Assembly: GCA_951406725.2 (NCBI GenBank)
Contig: OX597822.1
Coordinates: 53,506,001 to 53,570,000, forward strand
Direction: 5' to 3'
Source of the DNA: Octopus vulgaris
Lineage: Eukaryota
Length of the DNA stretch: 64,000 nucleotides
The notes under the pieces are model-generated. The model was not told the origin of the DNA and did no database searches. It saw only the letters and a program-made list of their open reading frames with translations. The translations under genes and the position numbers were made by a program. This document shows, piece by piece, positions 1 through 14,591 of the stretch. Numbering within the stretch: position 1 is the first letter of the stretch; the number at the start of each line of letters is the position of its first letter.

Positions 1-374
1 CAAATATTTTCTTAGAATATAATGGTGGCAAGTTTTACATCATCTGAAAAGTCATTAGTTGAACTATTAGTCCTTTTGCATTCTGGTGGGTATCGGAACG
101 TTTGAGTGACATTAGACCCAAACAAATGCCCATAAATTAAATGCATCTATCTGGGCCATGATCGTGGCCCGTCGCTCTTTATGTGTTAAGCAAAACACAC
201 TGTCACTTTGCTCTTGTACAGTAGACTGAATATGATTACCAGCCCCACCACGTGACGTCTCATTCTGTGGAAGGTCTTGTACAGTTAGCTAACCACTTGA
301 AAACAGGATAATCCTGTTTGCATTCGGTGGACTTATATAAATACAAACGCCATAGGAATAGAATAATTTTTTTT

Positions 375-537
375 TAAATGCTAAGATCGAAATAGCAGTC
401 AAATCTCAATCAAATTGCACCTTAGCAAGTTATACGAAGAAAATGTTACATTAAATAATGTTTTCAGATTTACCCTTGTAACGCTTTTGATCACAATTCT
501 GCTCAACCAGAGATGGCCTGGGGTTAAACAACCACAA
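375..537 (+). repeat. Interspersed retroposon 3'-end family (..gacctggggctaaacaacaac-type)
   Basis: Related pieces at about 15570-15625, 17455-17635 and 46905-47070, plus minus-strand pieces near 23545 and 45960. Confidence 0.55.
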
Positions 538-965
538 ATATGATAGTCATTGTGTTCAAATCAAGAGTGGGTTTGAGTCTGTCACCAATTATCACTTCTG
601 TGTCTCCTTCAGATGTCGTTTTTTTTATCTAACTGCATTTACATTTTACTAAAATATAAGTAATCTACTTTCAGTCTTTGATCAGTCACCTCCTATTCCA
701 AACTTTCAAATTAATTACCGGAGAAAATTTAATTTTTACTATTAAACTAAACTTGAGAATTTTCTAAGATACACTAAACAAAAGTAAGTTCCAATAACAT
801 ATGCCAGGATGGAAACTTAATAAAGACACAACATTCAAACAGACGCGGAAATTTGTCGCCATGCCTATTACTAGCTAGCAACATTTAAACTGCTAGATAC
901 GTTCATGGATGCTGCATAACTTATAGACTTACCTACATCTTTATTATTTTATTTATTATTATTAT

Positions 966-1175
966 TGTTTTTTCTATAGCGTACTTTCACTTCACTACCG
1001 AGCGCAGCTCTGTGTGCCTTGGGTATGTGCTGTGATTTGTTGTGATGCTCTGATGGTTATTGTATGGAAAGTGTTCTGCGTAGGATGTGTGCAGTGCCTA
1101 GTAGTGCAATTTTCTGTGTGTTATATGTGTTTGTAAGTCCTGGTGTTTTTGTTATGTATTTGTCTGAATATTTTT
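966..1175 (-). mobile_element. 5'-truncated R4/Dong-type non-LTR retrotransposon (REL-endonuclease C-terminus plus 3' UTR) in (TTA)n
   Basis: Minus strand encodes KYSDKYITKTPGLTNTYNTQKIALLGTAHILRRTLSIQ*. It is near-identical to about 21120-21325 and has TTA repeats on both sides. Confidence 0.85.
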
Positions 1176-1180
1176 ATTAC

Positions 1181-1240
<60 letters not shown>

Positions 1241-2005
1241 TCAATTCCGTCGCTGTCGACTTTATTTATCACCCATTCGAGGTCGATAAAACAAGTACCA
1301 GTCGAATAATGGTGTCGATGTAATCGACTTGTCACCTCCTCCAAAATTGCTGGCTTTATGCCAAAATTTGAAATCTTTATTATTATCATTATTAAGGTGG
1401 TGAAAGGCGGCAAGCTGGCAGAAACGTTAGCACGCTGGGCAAAATGCTTAGCGGCATTTCGTCCGTATATACGTTCTAAGTTCAATTTCTGCCCAAGTCG
1501 ACTTTGCATTTCACCCCTTTCAGGGTCGATGTAATTGACTGATCCCATCCTCTGAAACTGCTGGCCTTGTGCCAAAATTTGAAATCGTTATTAAGGCAGC
1601 GAGTCGGCAGATTCGTCAGCACGCTGGGCAAAATGCTTAGCGACATTTCGTCTGTCTTTACGTTCTGAGTTCAAATTCCTCCGAGGTCGACTTTGCCTTT
1701 CATCCTTTCGGGGTCGCAAAATTAAGTACCAGTGAAACACTGGGTTCGATGTAATCGATTAGTCTCCTTCTCCACAATTTCAGGCCTTGTGCAAAGGCAC
1801 AAGTAGAAAGGCTTAAATAAGGCGGCGATCTGACAGAATAGCTAAAACGTTGGAAATAATGCTAAACGGCATTTCCTCCGGTTTTACGTTTTGTATTCGA
1901 ATTCCACCGAATTTCCTTTTCTCCTTTCGAGGTAGATGAAATAAGTACCAGTTGAGTACTATAGTTCATGTAATAGACTTAGACCCACCTTCGAAATGAT
2001 TTGGC
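1241..2005 (+). mobile_element. Head-to-tail cluster of four tRNA-derived SINE copies (family A)
   Basis: Repeated units at about 1241, 1404, 1592 and 1818: aaggcggcgagctggcagaa..gttagcacg..ttctgagttcaaattcc..gaggtcgactttgcctttcatcctttcggggtcgataaa..aagtaccag..ggccttgtgcc. A/B-box-like motifs are present. Confidence 0.85.
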
Positions 2006-2558
2006 CTTCTTCTTCTTCTTCTTCTTCTTCTTCTTCTTCTTCTTCTTCTTCTTCTTCTTCTTCTTCTTCTTCTTCTTCTTCCAATCAGGATTCATGCCAT
2101 TAGCCACAAAGAATAATCTCTAATTCGAGCCTATTCTAAGCTACTAAGAATACGTGTGGCAACTTGAAGATCCACCCACCACACGCGATAGACTGGCGGT
2201 TGCACGGGCGCGAAAGCTACGTTGTTATCCTCATTCCGTAAACGGTGGCTTTTATCAGGTGGAGAGCTGAACCATCCTGGGATACAGAGGGTTCGCAATC
2301 TAGACTAGGGTCTGAAAGTTTACCACACCATACTGGGTTACACCATGGTTCCTCTACTTTGTGGCAGAAGTAGGAAGAAAGAAGGAGAGAAAGTCGTGAT
2401 GAAAAAGTACAGCGGGTTTCACTCACCCCCGCCGGAGCCTCGTGGAGCTTAGGTGTTTTTTTCTCAATAAACACTCACAATGTCCGGTCTGGGAATCGAA
2501 ACCGCGTTCTTACGACCGCGAGCCCGCAGCCCTAACCACTGGGCCACTGCACCTCCAC
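2006..2558 (-). mobile_element. tRNA-derived SINE (family C) with (AAG)n tail
   Basis: Minus-strand head gtggaggtgcagtggcccagtggttaggg...ggtttcgattcccagaccgg has A and B boxes and matches 34411-34570. The (TTC)n run at 2006-2080 is the tail. Confidence 0.8.
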
Positions 2559-3743
2559 ATTTGTTGTTGTTGTTGTTGCTGCTGCTGCTGCTGCTATAAC
2601 AGTAGCTGTTTTGTTGTTGTTAATTCTTTCTCGGCAAACTTTACAGAATCAATATATTTTTTGAACTCCATATTTTTCTCATTTCCTTTTCATCAAGAAT
2701 GTTCTGGAAGACAGATAAAACCTAATAAAAAAACATTCTTTTATTATCACAATCAAACATTTCAATAGTCAAATATGTATGTGTCCATGTATGATATATG
2801 AATATAATATATGCATACACGTTTATATGTATGAACGTAGGAAAGTAGGTTGGTATAGAAAATTTTTGCTACTTTATTTTTTTCATTTACATCAGTATTT
2901 GTAATGAATTATGTAATTCATACAACATGAATCGGGAACTTAATATATCCAACTGTACTTTCTCACGTGATATTATTGACAGTGGAAATAAATATCAATC
3001 TATCTCTCTATCTATCTATCGACTTCTATTCAGGAAATTTGGTTGATATACTATGTAAACAACACTTATTTATTTGGATATTTTATGTAACAGTTTATTA
3101 ACAGTGACGGCGTCGGTCATGGGATTCATTGGTCCATTGAATATTTCTGACAGTGAGAATGATTGAGGAGTATCTGTAACTCGGTGTAGAACAAATATTT
3201 TAAAGGAACTCGTTCGAAAAGCGCATGTTTTTCAATTGACAGCATTCGTTGCTATATCCGCGAAAAATACACGCTAACACGAAAAATACGCGCTAAAAAT
3301 ACACACGCTAGCACACATATACACAAGCACACACATATGTATAATACATATATAAGTAAAAGATGCGTATACGGCAGTATATTAAATAAAGCTACGTAGT
3401 ACTCAATACGATATAATACTTTGGAATCATTCTTATTCAAAGCCTCGTCTTCACAGATCGCTATTCTGGTTTAACGTTGCTGCTTTTGTAATCCGAACCT
3501 TACACTATCGATCTGTAAAGATACAGCTTTGAATTAAAGTTACACACACACACACAGATAGATAGATACTTTTAATAAAATCACATTACTCTACCCTCGG
3601 TATTCGAGTACTATTTTTTCCATCTTGTTTTGCATTTATGCGCTTACTCGTGTGTTATATATATGTAACAAATGGTATAATTATAAACGGGACAAATTTT
3701 AGCCATTTCCCTGCAGACTGAGAAAAATGATGATGAAGTACAT

Positions 3744-4097
3744 TAATCGATTTTCGAACCTTATTTGGTTCTCATCAGAGGCGTCTGCATCATTCTGACA
3801 GTCTCCAGAGAAGCAAGCAACCAAACTGTTAATATACTCAACAAATGCAGCAGTTACTCTATGAAGGAGTCCCTAATTTGCACACCGAAAGTGTTTAACA
3901 GCCTGTCAACGGGGATCTTAGTCCACACAGTATTAAGGTATAATATATCTGTAACATATGGTATAATGAAAAAATTATGAACAACTATAATCGATTTTCG
4001 AACCTTACTGAGTTCTCATCAGGGGCGTCTACACTATTCTGACAGTCTCCAGAGAAACAAGCAAACTGTTTATATACTCCACAAACGTAGCAGTTAT
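3744..4097 (-). repeat. Direct repeat pair (~110 bp; 3744-3857 and 3988-4097), each carrying a hammerhead-like core
   Basis: Both read CUGAUGA-GAAC(C/U)-6 nt loop-GGUUC-GAAA-AUCGAU-UA on the minus strand. Helix I pairing is not evident. Confidence 0.6.
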
Positions 4098-4110
4098 ATG
4101 TGTGTATGTG

Positions 4111-4143
<33 letters not shown>

Positions 4144-7100
4144 ATTATGTACGTATGTCATGAGATTTCCACACAGTCTATCAAATTCCTTTCCCAAAGT
4201 AAACTAGATAGAAAACACTTACTCAAGGTGCTGCGACTTAGGGTTGAAACAGGAACTACGTGGTTGCAAAGTGCACTTCTAAACCGTACTGCTATAATTA
4301 AGAGCTAGTAAGCATCAGGTTACAACCTTTATCTCGTTATACAGTTTATTGCTTTCTATCTTTATCTCTTCCTATAATCCCACATTGACCCAGCCATACA
4401 TTTACGAATCAATATTCAATTATCACGTGACTGGTACTTATTTTATAAAACCCAGAAGGATGAAGGCAAAAATCATCATAGCTTCATTTTAACTTGGGCC
4501 ATAAAGGACACTCTGCCATTTTTGAGAACACACTTCCCTTCAACATTTCAGCTAATGACGATGGAGATTTCCCAGGGATGTTTTCTGCTTGAATAACAAG
4601 TAGTTGAATATGAGTTCACATAATTAGTATAGCGGACTAAAGAAGACCTTTTTAAATCAATTAAAATAACACTTCTGTGGATAAGTAAATTTAGTTAAGA
4701 GAGGAGTAACTTGATTAGTAGAGGGAACCAAGGAAGAAATTTTAATCACTCGAAATTACATCTGTGTTGATAAGAAAAGACATTTCTCATTAGGACTGGT
4801 AAGGGAACGAACTCCTAAATTTAAATTGATTAAAAATTAAATGAAGGCACACCGTGGGTTGTTGTTGTGGGATAGGAAATTCAGTGACAACTCTAGTATG
4901 TTGCCTCATGTAGTGTCATTATAGCGTACAAGAGGAAAAAGATGTTTACGAGTGGGACCGCCAGGCACTTTAAGGGTTCGTAACGCGATCGTAATGCCTC
5001 GTCAAATTTGTAGCTTAATAAACACAGATTGGACTGAAAATCATGGATGTTGGTACAGAAGAGAATTTGGTTAAAGAAATGGTTTTTGTTACATTTTTTA
5101 ATTGAAAATGTTCATGTTGATGATGATGGAAGTGGTGGGGGGATCGGCGAATATTTCTTACAGGAACAAGGGAATCGTGGTTCGTGAGTTGCTGTTAAAC
5201 TACTAGATGGATCTCTGCGAGTAGCCCAATTTAAATTCATCGCCCTCAAATTGGCTCACCCAAATCCTGTGCGGACACAATCACTGAACCATAATTTTTT
5301 GAAAGCTTTAACATTTAGTTTGGGATCCTTATACTATTTGGAAAACCCACCTGTACCCTATGATGCAACAAATTCAACTAAATACACCCAAGATTCAAAT
5401 ATCAAAGTGTGAAACCGAACAAGACATTCGGCCTACCATCTCCTCATAAAAAGAGATTATGTATTTCATCAGGGCCTTAGCACTAGAGGAACTGCCTTAC
5501 AGGACTCTTTGCAACCACTGCCATGTACTTGTTATTTTATTTCAGATCGAATAAGCTCCTAAGCGAATTGCGTACTGTGTGACTGTAGATGTGTTTCTCT
5601 TAAATATATTAAGAATAACATTCCTAATTTTTTTACTAAATTCTATTACGTTTACTAAAATAATTAAGCGAAAGATCAAGTTCTATTTGATGATAAGTTT
5701 ATATGCGGCTCCATTTGTTAATAGTTATAGCAATAATCATCCTTGACTCTGATGTACTTTGATTTGATTTCAAGCATTATGTTACACATCTTTTTTTCAT
5801 CTTTTTCGTCACAACTCGTTTTAATTTCTCATTATTCTATTGATATTTAAATTTAAAAATAACTGCTGTGGTAATTCAAATGAATATAATATTTTAGAAA
5901 CATATAGATATCAAAAACTATTTAATTGAAAATATAATTTCATTCATAAAAATACTCCGTAACCTTTTCATGATAATTTCTTCAAATTTTACTAAATTTT
6001 TCTAAAGTTCTTTTTAACGAGAACAAAACCGATTATAACAATGTTTTTAAATGTAAAATTAAAAATCAATAGTGCTTCTAAATGTTTCTGTTCTCTTTAT
6101 GAAGCACATCTTCAAAAACACGGTTCCTTTAAGATCTTCAAATACATCATACTTCCAACATCTTTAAAACATGCGATTCAGTAAAAACATTTTTAAGATT
6201 AAATATGATGCTTAATTTAGAAATTCATGAGATTTTTTTTTTTCAGATTTAAAAGAAATATTTGAAAATTGATTTAAAACGAAGTAAGGCTAAATTTGTG
6301 AAATGATGCGTAGACAAAACATCGGTGAACTGTTTTAAATTGATATAACTTGAATAAATGTTCAACAAAGAAGCTAAGCTTCCTTTTTTGTACGATACAG
6401 TCGGCTCAAAGTTATTGTGCTTATTCATCATATAGTTTCGACTTCAAACATTTATTGAACTTTCAACAGAATTTTTAAAGCGGACTGTTTATCACAAATG
6501 ATTTTTTTTTCTTTTGTGAAGAATAAAAACGTTTCAATAAAACTAGTCTTTTAGTATTTATACCATTTCGTTTGTTGCTTTGTTAAAACCGGCAACATTT
6601 ATACAAAAAGGCATTTTTTATCTATATCTTTTCGTTAGATAATATTTTAATTAATATATTTCACCTCTTTTCCTAACAGTCCTATTTTCTATAAAACTAT
6701 ATTATGACAGTAATGGTGTATATATTGGTCCATATTATGGTGTATATAATGTTGTCAATGAAATGCAGTATAATGTCTCCTCTTTCACAACGAATAACAA
6801 TATCAGGGTAAAAACGAAGTAAAATGAGATGAAAATAAACCAATGTGTCTCATAGTATTTTTATTTTACATTGTATATACTTTTATAACGAATTATCTTC
6901 AAAACATCCAGAAACACCATCGAATGTGAGAGGCAAATTAATATCAAGAGGGCAATACGAAATATTAATCGTTAATATCGGCGAAGATATCTGAATCTAT
7001 GAGTTCATCTCAGGAAATATGATCTTACATGAAACGTAAATAATTGATTGTAAAATGATTATAAGCAAAATGGAAATATTATTTCGCGACTTTTAAGATT

Positions 7101-7145
7101 AATAGGGGGATAAGACAATCATACTTATCAGTTAGTGAATCAAAT

Positions 7146-7215
<70 letters not shown>

Positions 7216-7964
7216 ATTATTCAGTCAGTCATGTTTTCCGAAAGAGTTTCTATTGTAGGAAGAGAAAAATTATTTGTCAACCATTAACTCTAATCTTGGT
7301 TGAATTCTCCTGAAAATTGCGAATAACCCACTTTATGTGAAATACCTCATATACCACACAACCACATAATTATTCAGATGTTGGCGAGGTATTTGCTTTT
7401 AATCAAGTTTTAAATGATACGTCATTGTTATTTCCTGTGTGGTGGATCAGACGGAATCATCTTAACTATTGTAAGAATATCCATTCAATTTATTGATCCC
7501 TTGGATACATGAGTATGTATAAATTCTATGCCTTCTTACACATGTACATACATTTATACGTATAGCTACATACACATGCATATGTACATTCATTCTTTTG
7601 GCGGTGCTAATTAAAGCAGAAGTTTTGTACTTGCAGTTTATTTCTCCTATATCGTGAAGAAATTGACTGTGGCAAAACCTGGTAAAAGATGGACCATGCT
7701 TGGAATATAAATAACGGAGACAAATTTTATTTCACCAACTGTGCCCCTAATACTTCATTATGAGTTGAGCTGATGTTGTAAAGCAAGCCATATATATGTA
7801 TTATGTATGCATGTATGTATGTATGCACGTTCGTACATATGTATGTGTATACGAATGCATGATTATACATGTACATGAACATGATAAAGATGTACTCGAC
7901 ATGTATGAATATTTTTATATACATTTACTTATATTTACATACTCATAATTGAACATATTCATAA

Positions 7965-8011
<47 letters not shown>

Positions 8012-8480
8012 TACATACATGCATACATACAAACCATATACGCAGATAGAGGTTATTCGCAAGATCGAGTGCCTTTATATACAGACTAAAGATATAAACT
8101 TTTCCCAGACAATTTCGGTTTAAACTTCCATTTATTATTACCATTATTATTATTATTATTGAAGTCGATGCGCTGGAAGAATAGTTACCGCACCGGACAA
8201 AATTCTTTGCGGCATTCGTTCTGAGTTCAAATTCTTCCGAGGTCGATTTTCAGCCTTCCGAGTCAATGAAATAAGTACCAGTTGAGCAACTAGATTCCAT
8301 GTAATCGACTGACTTCCTCACCTAATATTTCAAGTCATAAATCCGAGTTTCTTTGCCCTAGGTGTCGGGAAGACATTCGGTACGAAATGAAAACAAAATT
8401 GAAAGAAGAGTTAATAATAACAGTAATAATAATAATAATAATAATTATTATTATTATTATCATTATTATCATTATTATTA

Positions 8481-8548
<68 letters not shown>

Positions 8549-8549
<1 letters not shown>

Positions 8550-8725
8550 TTTACTTCTCAGAGCTCTCGGTCATAGTTGCTCTGGTTGGTTCTATGAGAG
8601 CAGACAGCAGCCTGTTACCAGAGTTCTCTCAGGGTCGGTTTCCGCAAATTATAAGACTTGGTACTTAGAGTATGGTGGAAAATATTCAAGACCCAACCAA
8701 CAATCTCAAAATCCTAGCTGTCCCC
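8549..8725 (-). mobile_element. Extremely 5'-truncated R4/Dong-type element in (TTA)n
   Basis: Minus strand GGG ACA GCT AGG ATT TTG AGA...TGA gives GTARILRLLVGS*, the conserved R4/Dong C-terminal motif. A 3' UTR follows, with long (TTA)n on both flanks. Confidence 0.75.
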
Positions 8726-8845
<120 letters not shown>

Positions 8846-9505
8846 CATCATCATCAACATCGTGCGCATTACAATTTTGCTTACCAAACTAAATACTGAA
8901 ATTATACACATCTAAAACTGTGGTCTAAGAAAAAAAAAGAGCTTGTGGAAAATATACAGGAAACGAAGCAAAGATTACTTTGTATAACAAATCAAAACAC
9001 TAAACTATTCCTTTCTACATATACAGTAATTAAATATCGTCAAAATACGAATTCAAAGATGGTAGACAATGGGGAACAGAACATATTCAATAGTAAGCTT
9101 TGTTATCTTTATTGTGTCACCTATTATTATCGAATTCGATAAACTGTTTTTATCTGCTTTTCTTTATCTTTTTTGCAGTTATATCAAATGAAGGTTTGTC
9201 TGATCTAAGTACATCCTTGTTGCTATGGCCACACTATTTTCTTCTCTTCGCTCAGCTTTTTCAACACCTTTCATTATTTTTTAATACGCCCTTGCATGAT
9301 ATTCATATTTTTTCATTAATATATATATATTTTTTTTAAATCTTTTTAAAATATAATTGATGGATGGCACTATTTTACTTCGCTTTATCGTATCACTCTC
9401 ACTTCTTTTTTCTTACTTTTCCGTTACAGGATTCTCAATATTCCGATAACATTACTTGTATGTAAATTACGCACTTTTGCACACTTTAGCACACTTGGTT
9501 CATAG

Positions 9506-9568
<63 letters not shown>

Positions 9569-9570
9569 TC

Positions 9571-9642
<72 letters not shown>

Positions 9643-10401
9643 TATGATGCACTTTCGGTTTCTACAAGGAGAGAACTTATGATTGGTAAGACATTAGGAC
9701 ATTGGCTCTCGGAAATGAAAAAACGCATAAATACAGGTTCTCGGCCGTTTGAGATCTGGAATGTATTTATCCGGTTATATCAGATACACTAATATGTTAT
9801 TACATATTGAATCCAAAGCATGCTGTGCTAAAGTATCTGCATATAATAGCTAAGTGTAACTTACTATTATAAGCTGTATAATATCATGGCCTACTGCAAT
9901 GATATTCAAGAACCAGATTCAAGTGATTATTTAATGGTTACGTACAAATAGATATAGAAGTACAAAAACACATAAAACACACTACTTACATGTACACATA
10001 CATGTACACACACATAAACACATGTACACATACACACACAGAAGTATGCACATCTATCCCTTTACACAACGAAAGAGGTTATAAATTGCATATGTATTAT
10101 GAATGATGTTGAAGTCACAAAACAATTACTTGCAACGACATTTATATATATATGATGCGTGCATGTGTGTGTGGGGGGGGGTGTAAAATGTACACTAACC
10201 TGTGCTCAAGCAAATTATCTTCAATCATACTGGACTTCCGAATGTACACGAACAGATTGAATATTACTGTACATGATATATAAGTGTGTGTAAGTGCTTG
10301 TGTGTGTGCGTGTGTATGTGTGTAAGAATATATATGTATGTATGTATATATATATAGATGTATATATGTGTATATATATATGTATATATATACATACATT
10401 C

Positions 10402-10462
<61 letters not shown>

Positions 10463-10511
10463 CCATATATATATATATATATATATAAAAAGAGAGATAT
10501 AGTCACTCACA

Positions 10512-10553
<42 letters not shown>

Positions 10554-12351
10554 TCCAGGTTTATGCTAATGTTCGAGTATTGTTTGTAAACAGTACGTTT
10601 GATACATATGCATACATAGCATGTGTGTGTGTGTATCTGCAACCGTACATATCTATCTACCTATATTCATACATATGCATACATACATTCATATATGCAC
10701 ATAGAATTATCCCGGTCTTACCGTTATACGTATTCTTAATAGAACCATAACACAAACTAATTGAGCTTAACATTCAACGATAAGCAAGCTGTTCATATAA
10801 ATTCTTTGTTTACCCATAAATTCCTACTTCCGGAAACCTGAAAGAAGGAAATATTTCTTAGAATTAACTATAGAAATGCTGCTTCCGTTATTTTTACTTT
10901 TTTTTATCTCTAGCTTTTTTTCTTGTAATTCTTTCCTTTTATTGAAAAAAAAAAAGACATATTTATAACATTATGTGCTGTTTTAATGAACGTCAATTTA
11001 TGAATAATATCTTTAATTAGCACCTCTGCTTCGCATTCTTTTACTCACTTTGTTAATTATAGAAATATCATTTCCCTCATTAATATTAATTGAATGCAGT
11101 TGATGGTTTAGTTTTCTATTTCACAATAATATTGTTCGCTCAATTAATCGCATATATCTGGAGTATATTTTGAAGTGCATATTGGAAATGTTTATGTCTT
11201 TATATACATAATGGCTCGTTTAATTATCATATTAAGCATGTCCAATCATCTCTCTATCACACACAGTCCCTCTCTCTTTCCTTTTCTTTCTGCATACATT
11301 TGATACTTTTCCTTCAGTTCTTAAATGTTTCTTCAAGCCCAATGGACTGCATTGCTGTCTAATTATTCCTCGTTTAATGCCTTGAACTCGCGAAAGCCCT
11401 TCAGTAGGGAAGATTTTGTTTGGAAGACGAAAAAGCGGGTGACTATATGGTGTTTACGACTCGCTATTTGGTAGAAACATCTTTAGTTTCAGCAGTAAGT
11501 AAAAGCATGAGGCCGCCCGATTTTACGCCTGCCAGGAGTTTAGCCAATTGAAATCTCGCCTGCTATAGCGTACTCGTGGATTCAAAGGGTTAAGTTCTAG
11601 ATTGAAATACTGGTGGAAGTCTCTATGGATAATTCATTCTTTCGTGGTTGGTGGTTGATAAAACAACTGCCAGTTAATTACCGGAATTAATAAGGCGACG
11701 AGCGGGCAAAATCGTTTAACACGCCGGACGAAATTATCAGCGGAATTTCTTCCGGCTTTACTTTCTGAGTTGTAACTCTGCTGAGATTAGCTTTACCTTT
11801 CATCTTTTCGGAGATGCTAAAATAAATAACACTCGAGCACTGGGGTGGATGTAACCGATTAGCCTTTTCCTCCAAAATATCAGGCTTTGTTCCTATATGG
11901 GAATGAATTACTGGGATTAATCAATCGCTGCTACAAATCAATATATTGTTAAACAGCTTATACTGCAAGGCTTCTTTTGAAAAATTTGTGGATACATTTC
12001 TTGAAGGCATTTATCGTCAGTTATGTAAAACACATCAATAAGGCACACAACACTAGTTGTACGCTACTAAATAAGGAATATGAAACCTCTATGTGGGCGC
12101 TTGAGATGCCAGAAAGAACAGCACAAATTCCCTCAAATCACATCCCACCGCCTTCATTGTTAACTAGATATTATATAAATATATTCTCCTGTTTTGCTTT
12201 ATTTTCTCTACGTTCTGTGAATTACACAACTGTAAATTCCAATCAAATGAAACTCGGACTATAATACGAGTTCTCGAAGTTTCCTTTTGGATAAAAAGGA
12301 ATACATATCGGTGCATATGGAGTTCTAAATACTAATATTTGCTACCCAATT

Positions 12352-12415
<64 letters not shown>

Positions 12416-12485
12416 TGTATAAAGGAATGTATGTATATACATATATATATATTTATAAAAGAATGTATATATATATATATATATA

Positions 12486-14591
12486 GAAAAATGTAAAGAG
12501 TGAAAAAACTACAGAAGGCTTAAATGTTAAAAAATATATATATTTGCGTCAATATGTCTGAAGAATATTAGAAAATTTAAAAAAATTTTTTTTCTCTTAT
12601 AATGACATAATTTAAAAGAAAGACCGGTTTGGCGTTTAGCTTTTCAAATTTCTTGCGACGTTATGTTTATGTTCAGGAGAGTTCTAAATAAGGGAAGGTA
12701 GTGAGTGATTTCTTCCGGTGTAAGGGAGATAATCGCTTAAAATTTTTTTCCTTTCCCTTGGTGTGAATTTCTCTGTATGAGTATGTTCGAATGGTTGAGT
12801 CTGCGCTTGTATTTTTCAATGAAGAATGTTTCCTTGTTTAGTCTAATTTGTGTTGATGATTCGAAAGCACATTGGTAAAATGGAAAGATTAAAAATTGTG
12901 GTAGTAGTTGCTTTGCGCATTTTTCAATGTGCTCACTAAAAGGTATCATTCTATATTCTGAGAATGCAATCTGTTGTCGATGCAGTGTGCATCTACGTCT
13001 GAGTGATAGTCCCGTGGAACCCACGTAGTCTTGGTGGCAGCCCGAGCATTTTATGACATAAATTATGTTTTCAGAGGCACAAGTAAAGTTAGATTTGATC
13101 TTGAACTTCTGTCCCTCTTTACAGAGGAATTCTGATCCTTCTAGCAGGTTAGGGCATGTTGCACAGTTCGATCTACCACATTTTTTTACTTTTGCATCTG
13201 TAATTTCAGAAGACAATTTTGCCTTTGTGAGAATCTTTTTAAGTGATTTAGGCTGTTTGTAGCTTTTAATGATTTGGTGTATGTTTAGAATTTCCTTTAA
13301 TTTGGGGTATTTATGAAGTATTGGTAAATTCTGGGTGATGATGGTGAAGGCTTCTTTGTTTCTGGGGTTGTATGTAGATATGTAAGGTAGTATTTTCGGG
13401 GAAGGTGTGTTGTTGTGTTGAACTTTTCTTAAAGTTTCTATGTTGATTTCTGTTGCACGTCTGATCCCATCCTCTATGAGTTGAGCTGGGTAATGTCTGT
13501 CAATTAGGGTGTTTTTGAGTTCTTGCAGTCAAAAGTTCCTGGTATTTTGTTCTGACACTATTGTGCATATCCTTCTTGCAAGGTTGAAGGGGATGTTTGT
13601 TTTAGTGTGTCTTGGGTGGCATGAATTAAAAAGAAGGTATTGTTTGGCGTCTGTGGCTTTGTAAAAAATATCTGTTTCTATTTTAAGGTTAATTTTTTTA
13701 ATTAGTATATCCAAGAACGGGAGCTCCTTTTGGTTGTATTCCATTGTGAACTGTATATTTGGGTTTATGCTGTTCAATAGGTTTTTAAATTTTAGGAGTT
13801 TATCTGTGTTTTCATTCCAGAGAATAAAACAATCGTCTAAGAATCGTTTCCAATTCTCTTTTATGTATTGAGAGAGGGGTTTCCAAAGATTGATAAAGAT
13901 TCCTGGTAAATGATTATTTCCATGTATCCCATTGTTAAGTTCGCAATGACTGGTGCTGCCCTTGTACCCATAGCAATTCCGGATTTTTGACGGTAAAATG
14001 TATTGTCAAACATGAAGTGGTTATTGTGTAGGATGAATTCAATTGATTTAGTAATGAATTCTTTACTGATCCTTTTGGTATTTCTTCCGGAAATTGGTCT
14101 AACCAGAACTGTATTGCCTCCAGTCCATAATTATGAGGTATACTGGTATATAAGTTAACTACATCAAATGAAACCAGGATTGTTTCTTCCTTGGCTTTTT
14201 TGGAAGGTGGTTTAACATATCTAAGTCATCTCTGATATGGCTATCGATATGTTTAAGGAAGGGTTTCAGGAGGATGTCCATAAGTAGACTTAGTCTGTGT
14301 GTTTCACAGGTTGGGCCAGCTACAATGGGTCGTAGTTTTAGGTCCCCCGGGTTAGGTGTGTGTATGTATGTCTTTGGTGATTTTTTAATGGTTTCATTTA
14401 TAATTTGACTTTTATGAATTTTTGGCAGACCATAGAAAAGGCTAGGTTTGCATTTAAAGTTTGTTAGGAAGTCAATCTCTTTGGTTGTTAGTTCCTTTTC
14501 ATGGGTTTTAATTAGTGAAGATAGAGTTTTCATTATTTTTTGTGGGTGTAGTTGGTCATTTTTTCATAATGTAGGTCGTCATCAAGCAAGG

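Noticed and set aside
1237-1575. 112-aa ORF and similar SINE-spanning ORFs (e.g. 38740-39150, 14855-15217)
   Set aside because: They are chance frames across SINE copies.
9178-10840. Micro-exon candidates (about 9179-9193 +, 9430-9457 +, 10815-10838 -)
   Set aside because: Such splice-like signals are expected by chance in T-rich DNA and there is no supporting coding signal.
11340-11592. piggyBac-like end (…aaggg TTAA)
   Set aside because: No matching left terminus was found.
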